Below, piece by piece: positions 57,816 through 64,000 of a DNA stretch of 64,000 bases. The notes under the pieces are model-generated. The model was not told the DNA's origin, did not search any database, and worked only from the letters and a program-made list of their open reading frames with translations. Numbering within the stretch: the stretch's first letter is position 1; every line of letters starts with the position of its first letter. The DNA comes from Phoronis australis (taxonomy: Eukaryota > Animalia > Phoronida): assembly GCA_002633005.1 (NCBI GenBank), contig NMRA01000053.1, positions 770,711-834,710 on the forward strand. The letters are read 5' to 3'. Made by a program: the position numbers and the translations under genes.

Positions 57816-60800
57816 GTCCTGGCATTAGTCTTATTTAACGCCTATCCTTCAATATCAGGCTACAAAAATATTCGGTTATGGTATGGTGTGATCTCACAAA
57901 TTTCCGACAAAAAATTACCACAAGAGTCTTTTTTCATTTTTCAAAGATTTTAACACACATTGAGAATGGTCAAAATTTTTCGAAACATTGTCTGATTTCT
58001 ATGTTAAAGATCTCAAAACAAATCGTTAACATAGTGTAACATATCAGAGTCATGTCATGAACGGAAAAACCAGGAAATAAAATTCCAACAGTCAGCCATA
58101 TTGTGTCTTCAATCGTCAGATTTCATCTAACATCAATCTGCTGAATATGCCTTTAACACAAGTGACAGGTTGTAAACCTTTATGAGCAAAAACTAAGTCC
58201 AATTTCTAGACTAAACCCTCACTACAGTAAGATATGTGAACTTGGGTTTCCCTTGACGTTTCTTATCATTAAGATTGGGGTGGCTTGAATCTACAGCCAT
58301 ACTATAAGTGTTGTTTATTTGGCCACATGAAAAAAAAATCTGAAGCCAGACATATTGTGGTGTAACACAATTAGTGTAATTTTGGTCGCATAATAGAAAG
58401 TCTGAACTTTGTAGGGTGCTAATTGCCAACAGTGAGAGTTAACTCTGGCACATGAAGAAGACTACATGTCGTTGGAAGATAATCTCAATGAATAGTGAGG
58501 CAAGCTGCTCTTAATTTGTGCTCAGTCTCTCATCAGTCTGTGACTGTAACATGATTCAGACATTAGAGCAAGGCTGATGATTCTCTTACGCTTTAACTGA
58601 GATAACAGACATGTGCAGCTCTGATTCAATTTTGTTTTTGCCAATATTAGTTTCCGCAATCTGTCACTTTTTCAATATGCTGGAATTGAAAAGTGCAACG
58701 AGATGACATGTATGATTTCTGTTGAATAGCCAGCTGGAGACGATCAAGTGACAACTGGGCTAGTGCAGCACAGCCGTGTGATACACTGGCAATGCTTGCT
58801 CCTAGCGCCATTAGGTCATATAGATCCCTAGAAAAATGTCCAATTTGGCTAACTTTGAAAAATCGTATTTCAGAAACAGATGATTAGATTTGTTTGAAAC
58901 CTTCAGATTATAAGCATGCTTTCGTTGAAAACACGACTAACATTTTTGTTTGAAAGCTTGATATTGAGTGCTACTCATGTTTTCAATGAAGTTTGTGTTA
59001 AGGAATGGCTGCAACTGAACTATACTGTAGTATGCTGTACGCATTTTTTTCGGAAACAAGGCAGGGAATTGTTTTTAAAATGTTCTACTTTTATGATCTT
59101 TGTGAAAAAATATAATGTTGCATGAAACAAAAACGAAATAATTTAGTAGAAAACTAAAACAAAGTTTCTCAGATTTCATCTTGAATATTTACATCAATTG
59201 AAATTGGTCAAGTTATTGATACTGTTGTTTTGTTGTCAATGTACCAATTTGCTGAATTTTACTAATAAAAGGCATTATCATGTGACCTCATTAATGGCAA
59301 ATTGGTAAAAAGTCAAAAATCAAATTCTACAGGCCTTCTATTTTCTGAAAATCTATATTTTTACCAAGTTAAATTCTATAGTTTTATAGATATATACTTG
59401 TCTAATACACAGACTTGGTTCTACACAACCCTATATATATAGGGTAGTCTAAATCCTCTAACTTACACAAGGTGTCAGACAAACTCCTATAATGATTCAA
59501 TCAGTGGTGACTAACTCAGACTAAATAAAAGAATCTATACTGTAAACTATGAAGCTGGTAGCATGTTCCGGTGATAAGAGCAGTCCTAGTTTCAAAAATT
59601 GCATGGCACACTCACACTCCTACTAGGTTCACATGAGCGGCAAACACACTGACTGAAACACTATCGTTTTAGCAAGACAGGCGAGCTGTCTGCGCAGTGG
59701 TCGTTTTTTGCCAGTAGTTACGTAGTCCCTTCCTCAGCACCCATACAGGCACATTCAAACAAAGTTCACTCTTTGCCATTGATTGATTGACCTGATGATA
59801 AACATAGCACTCTTTCCCTTGCCCAGCACATAGCGTGTCCTTTGGAGTAGGTCTGACTTCAAAATTGCTGGCACAAACGCCAGTAGTTTGGGATAACTTA
59901 AACCTCTAGCACTAGCAAAGGAGACCCTAGTGACCATTCACACCACTGGCGTATTAGCTACTTGAGACCTACAGCGCGCATTCACCCAGTTTGTGAACAG
60001 GTATCACCAGTTGGTCGTTCCAGTGTTCAAAATCTAGACAGTTTGTGAAAAGGTATTACCAGCTGGTCATTCCAAAGCTCAAAATATTCATACAGACAGT
60101 ATTTGCTACATCACATTTACGTACTTTATGAAGCTATAATTTGAGAATGAAGATAATACAAAAACTGGTTATTAGAAAATAAAACCTGTCCCAACTATAT
60201 TGATTTTTCAATCACACATTCTTTTAAGATGAATATCAAACGACACCAGAAGTAAAGTTGTTTTTTTTAAAACAACCATTTGTTGTTTTTACACAAAAAC
60301 TATAAACAATTAAGATTTAACAAAAATCGCAACATTTCCGTCTCCTAACTAAACTATGGTGTGGTCATATCACAGACATTGCAAGCAACAGAAATACATG
60401 TTGTGGTGTTCAGCATTAACTCAGCAGATAAATCAACATTTTTCAAGGAAATATCAGAGTCATGTTATTTATTAGGAATCTGTCAAACTGTACATTCCAA
60501 GAAAGATCAGAAAAGTCATTCACACCAGGCAGGGGCGTCACTACCTCTACAATAGCAAAGATACTACTTGTAACTTTACAATATCTGTTACTCGGTAAGG
60601 GAGCTTGGAATTACCTTGAATCTACAACCAGGTTCTTGCTGCATGCATGCCCCCTAGTGGCAATCTGCATAACTAAGACATTCTGATGAACCCAGTCGTC
60701 TATGACAGGCTACGTCTCAGTTGTAAGCACGTTTGTTACAAGTGAACCATCATCATTTTTACATCTACACGTTTTCACATTTTCATTGTTTTAGAGAGGT

Positions 60801-62499
60801 ACATCACCAAACAACTCGTAGACTGACTTTAACGATACCATTTCCATTTGAAAATTTCACATTTGATTTTCAAACCGCTGTTCGGATTTTTTGAAAACCG
60901 GTTTACTTCCGAGTTTTAAGCTAAATTAGCTTATAAAATAGCACGTGTGTCAATTAAAACAGTACTTGTAACCGTACATGTCTTAAATTAGTAAACGGAA
61001 AATAAATGTCACATTGAGAAATCTTAACAGCGTTTTTGAGATTGATAAATAAATTGATGCTTTAAAGTTTTTAATTCATAGAAATTCAGAGACTTGTTTT
61101 CAAGAATCTGTCTTCCTAAGCTCAAAGTCATCTGACAAGAACAGAAAAAAGGTAGTAAACATGACCACCCTTGAAATTCACCAGGTTTTCATTCCATCAT
61201 TAAATTAAATTACTGCTCAACATAAGTTACTTATTCACTCGCTTTTCATATATTACCAGAAACATCAATTGAATTCATATTATCAAATTAAATTAATAAC
61301 CACTAAAAGGTTGTATTGTGGGAGTTGTCGAGCTATCATTTATAGGTCAGTAGTGCATTGTGGTACACTCCATGTTAAACATGTGCAAGACCCAATCTCC
61401 AGATAACAACTAGGAACATGGAGAATAGAAATCAAGTGTCAGCTGTGATGAAAGTGCACAATGAGCACCCAATAGAAACAAGAAAAGGTCAAATGACAGA
61501 TATTGAACAAATTTGGATGAAGATTTAGAGTTTTTCACCATTGCCTACGTCGATGAAAACAAAAAATACCCATCGTACCATATATGACAGGAAAACGTTG
61601 ACCTGGAAACTTTCACAAACATTTATCATGGGGTTTTGATACACGATTGGACAACAGACTTACAAAGATGATAGTCCAACGCACCCAAATATATGCGTGC
61701 GGGAGCTTAAAAATGCGTCATCACATGACCCAATTAATGGCAGCTTGGTAAAAAGTCAAAAATCAAATTCTACAGGCTTTATTCTTTCAGACAATATATC
61801 CGTTTACGTTGTTAAAATCTACTGATTTGTAGATATTTGATTAAAAACGCAGACTTGTTTATAAGGTCCTACATTATTCTCAATAAAACATAATAATTCA
61901 GAACATGCCACATAGCTCCTGGATTCACTTACAAACCACAACACCTGTGTGGACAATGTAATGCTGTGCTGACACATGGGATTTATCTGAGGAAATTTCA
62001 AAAATAGGAATTTTTTTAAAAGACTGCAACATCTTTTAACATTATAAGGAGGCCAACAACATGGCAAACAAAGTAAAAGAGTAAAGCTGTAAATTCTCCA
62101 TAAAATCCTTTACCAAAAATCGAGAAAAACCATGCAAATACTCAGTGAACAGACATAGGTTAACATTTATATTGTAAGCACAGTAGTGTTGTGCACAAAC
62201 AGAGCAGAAATACTTCCAGGCAATCTACCATTGAAATGATTGATGTGACATTTTCACAATTATGTAGCATTTCCAGCACCATGGCCACAGTGTGACACAG
62301 TTTCAGACTACAAGTCCTTAGCTCATAACTTCAAGAGAAGAGATTGACAAGTACTACTGACAGTCATATCTATCTCAATTAGTTACCTGCAGTGAAAAGG
62401 CCATTATTCGCCGAAACTTCACTTACCTTTCCGACTAGACAACGATATCAAAGTTATCGCTAGCTTGTCGAATGCAATTTTGTTACTCAAAATTTTTTG

Positions 62500-62568
62500 G
62501 ACACCGAGTTTCGGACCCTGGTTGCCCGAGTGAGAACTCACAGTCCTAACCACTACACCATGAGACAC
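62500..62568 (-). pseudogene. tRNA(Glu)-like relic or SINE head
   Basis: tggtgtagtggttaggact (A box) ... ttctcac ... ggtccgaaac (degenerate B box); stems do not pair. Confidence 0.35.
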
Positions 62569-62899
62569 TCCTAACAAATTAGCAATTTTAAGGATTATAT
62601 ACGATTCCACGGTACACACAGGAGTCACTTGTAATAACATACACTCGAAAAAGATTTTATTCGCTAAGTATACAACTGTATATTTCAAAGCTTAAATAAT
62701 TCGACTCCCAAGTACGTATTCTCATTAATAGCAACAAACGCATCGTATGTATACCTCGTTGCCCAATGAAAAGTTGTGCGTTATGAGACTTGTCAGCTGA
62801 GTCATGCACGAGTCATGCCAGTTTGCTTCCGTCCTTTTTTCTATATTTTCTCAAATATGCAATCAACAAACCTGCCATAATATACCATCGATTCCATTA

Positions 62900-63066
62900 T
62901 AAACTTTTTTTTTCGCAAATTTCCGGTCTATACTATTATTCTACTCTTCTAGTGGCAAAAATGTCGGGTCTGTACTATTATTCCAGTCTCTACTATTATT
63001 AGAAATCTCGAAAATTTCCGGTCTATACAATTATTGCTGTCCCTACAACTATTCGGAACTCGAGAA
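62900..63066. mobile_element. DNA-transposon end with subterminal repeats
   Basis: About five copies of gtctatactattatt-like motifs ending attcggaactcgaga; partner end not identified. Confidence 0.5.
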
Positions 63067-63479
63067 TTTATCAAGACCCCTATTGACATATCTGCTGTTC
63101 TCCATCAAGACCATTAAAACTTCCATATTTTACTATGACATTTAGTAAAGGTACAAAATTATCCTTTGTTATTCTCTTTTCAGAGTGTAAAGGATACATA
63201 GGGTCCTACAAACAAGTCGAGAATTACCGTCAAGCTTGCACTACAGCAGTGCACTAGCTGTGAAAACTTGTATGCAAAAGAAGAAGCATGCAAAGAATGA
63301 TATTAAGAGATACCCCGCCTGTATTGCCCTACTAACTTTACAAGGCTCTTCATTTACAGTGTAAACAAATCTCACTCATAGTCTTGAACTTCTCAAGTTT
63401 TAGAGAAAACCTACAAGGCATGGTACATACATGTTGCCTTTCAACAAAGGCATGTGTTCAAAAAGGTTGAAAGATAACT

Positions 63480-63940
63480 AAATTATATCATCGGTTCTGT
63501 TTGCAGAACTGTCTCTTCAGAGTTTTTAGTGACATGAATAATATAAAGTATTAACATCAGGCAGATATTAAGCAGTGGGTAGAAGTTAAAGATCTATGTA
63601 CATTTTGTAAACAAGTGCCAGAGGACATTACCCATCTGTATTGGGACTGTGTTTTAAAAACTATGGTAGGTCTTTTTGGATTTCAGATAATGATTAGATC
63701 ACAAACAAAATTAGAAGCTCCACAGAGTTTTCAAATTTAGATATATTTTTGGAAAGATTGGCGGACCAGACATAATTAATCTAATTGTATGCCTAAGAAA
63801 ATTTCCTATTTATCGACGTCTTAAAAACACGATTCCTAATTTGACATGCTTTAAAAGAGAAGTCTTTGAGCATTTCAAAGTTGAATATATTGATTTTACA
63901 ATAATTGAAAATTTGAAGATTTTTAAATAACAGATGGTAT
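63480..63940 (+). mobile_element. Degenerate L1/Tx1-like LINE ORF2 C-terminus
   Basis: DLCTFCKQVPEDITHLYWDC (CCHC zinc knuckle, 63591-63650), then IINLIVCLRKFPIYR; disrupted frame. Confidence 0.75.
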
Positions 63941-64000
63941 GGTACTTTTATTTTGAGGCAGTTTATTTTTAGTTGTAAATGACCTCCACCACAAGTGTGT

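Noticed and set aside
59278-61795. ~70-bp dispersed repeat (59278-59350 and 61720-61795) and a HINE-like end at ~61640-61713
   Set aside because: Fragments of old elements whose boundaries and family cannot be set from this window
62500-62568. Functional tRNA-Glu(CTC)
   Set aside because: Anticodon and acceptor stems do not pair and the B box is degenerate
55625-64000. ANKIB1 first coding exon (expected MG...KFRK...HYAA)
   Set aside because: No matching segment found on the minus strand; it probably lies beyond the window

Overview
Eukaryotic (animal, probably invertebrate) AT-rich genomic DNA with two convergent multi-exon genes. On +, a complete nephrocystin-3 (NPHP3) gene: 25 coding exons, 1626-25761, about 1317 aa. 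On -, an ANKIB1 RBR E3 ligase: 21 coding exons, 55624-33770, with the first coding exon not found in the window. All exons were spliced by hand with GT-AG boundaries and consistent phases. A possible last exon of an upstream gene lies at 253-319. Introns hold many non-autonomous transposons (Helentron/HINE-like, Tc1/pogo-like, Harbinger-like, Kolobok-like, LINE relics) and minisatellites. Most notable: (1) tandem arrays that copy an exon end plus its 5' splice site into the following intron; (2) a Kolobok-like end carrying a P2X7-ballast/KolX-like ORF, seen as filled and empty TTAA sites around an assembly gap; (3) a HINE family whose ~150-bp core units each carry a CTCF-like motif; (4) a Walker A Lys->Arg change in NPHP3; (5) extra UIM-like and Cys/His modules in the ANKIB1 tail. 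Both apparent exon duplications flank N-gaps and are most likely two haplotypes assembled in tandem. Homology calls rest on recalled protein sequences, not on database searches.
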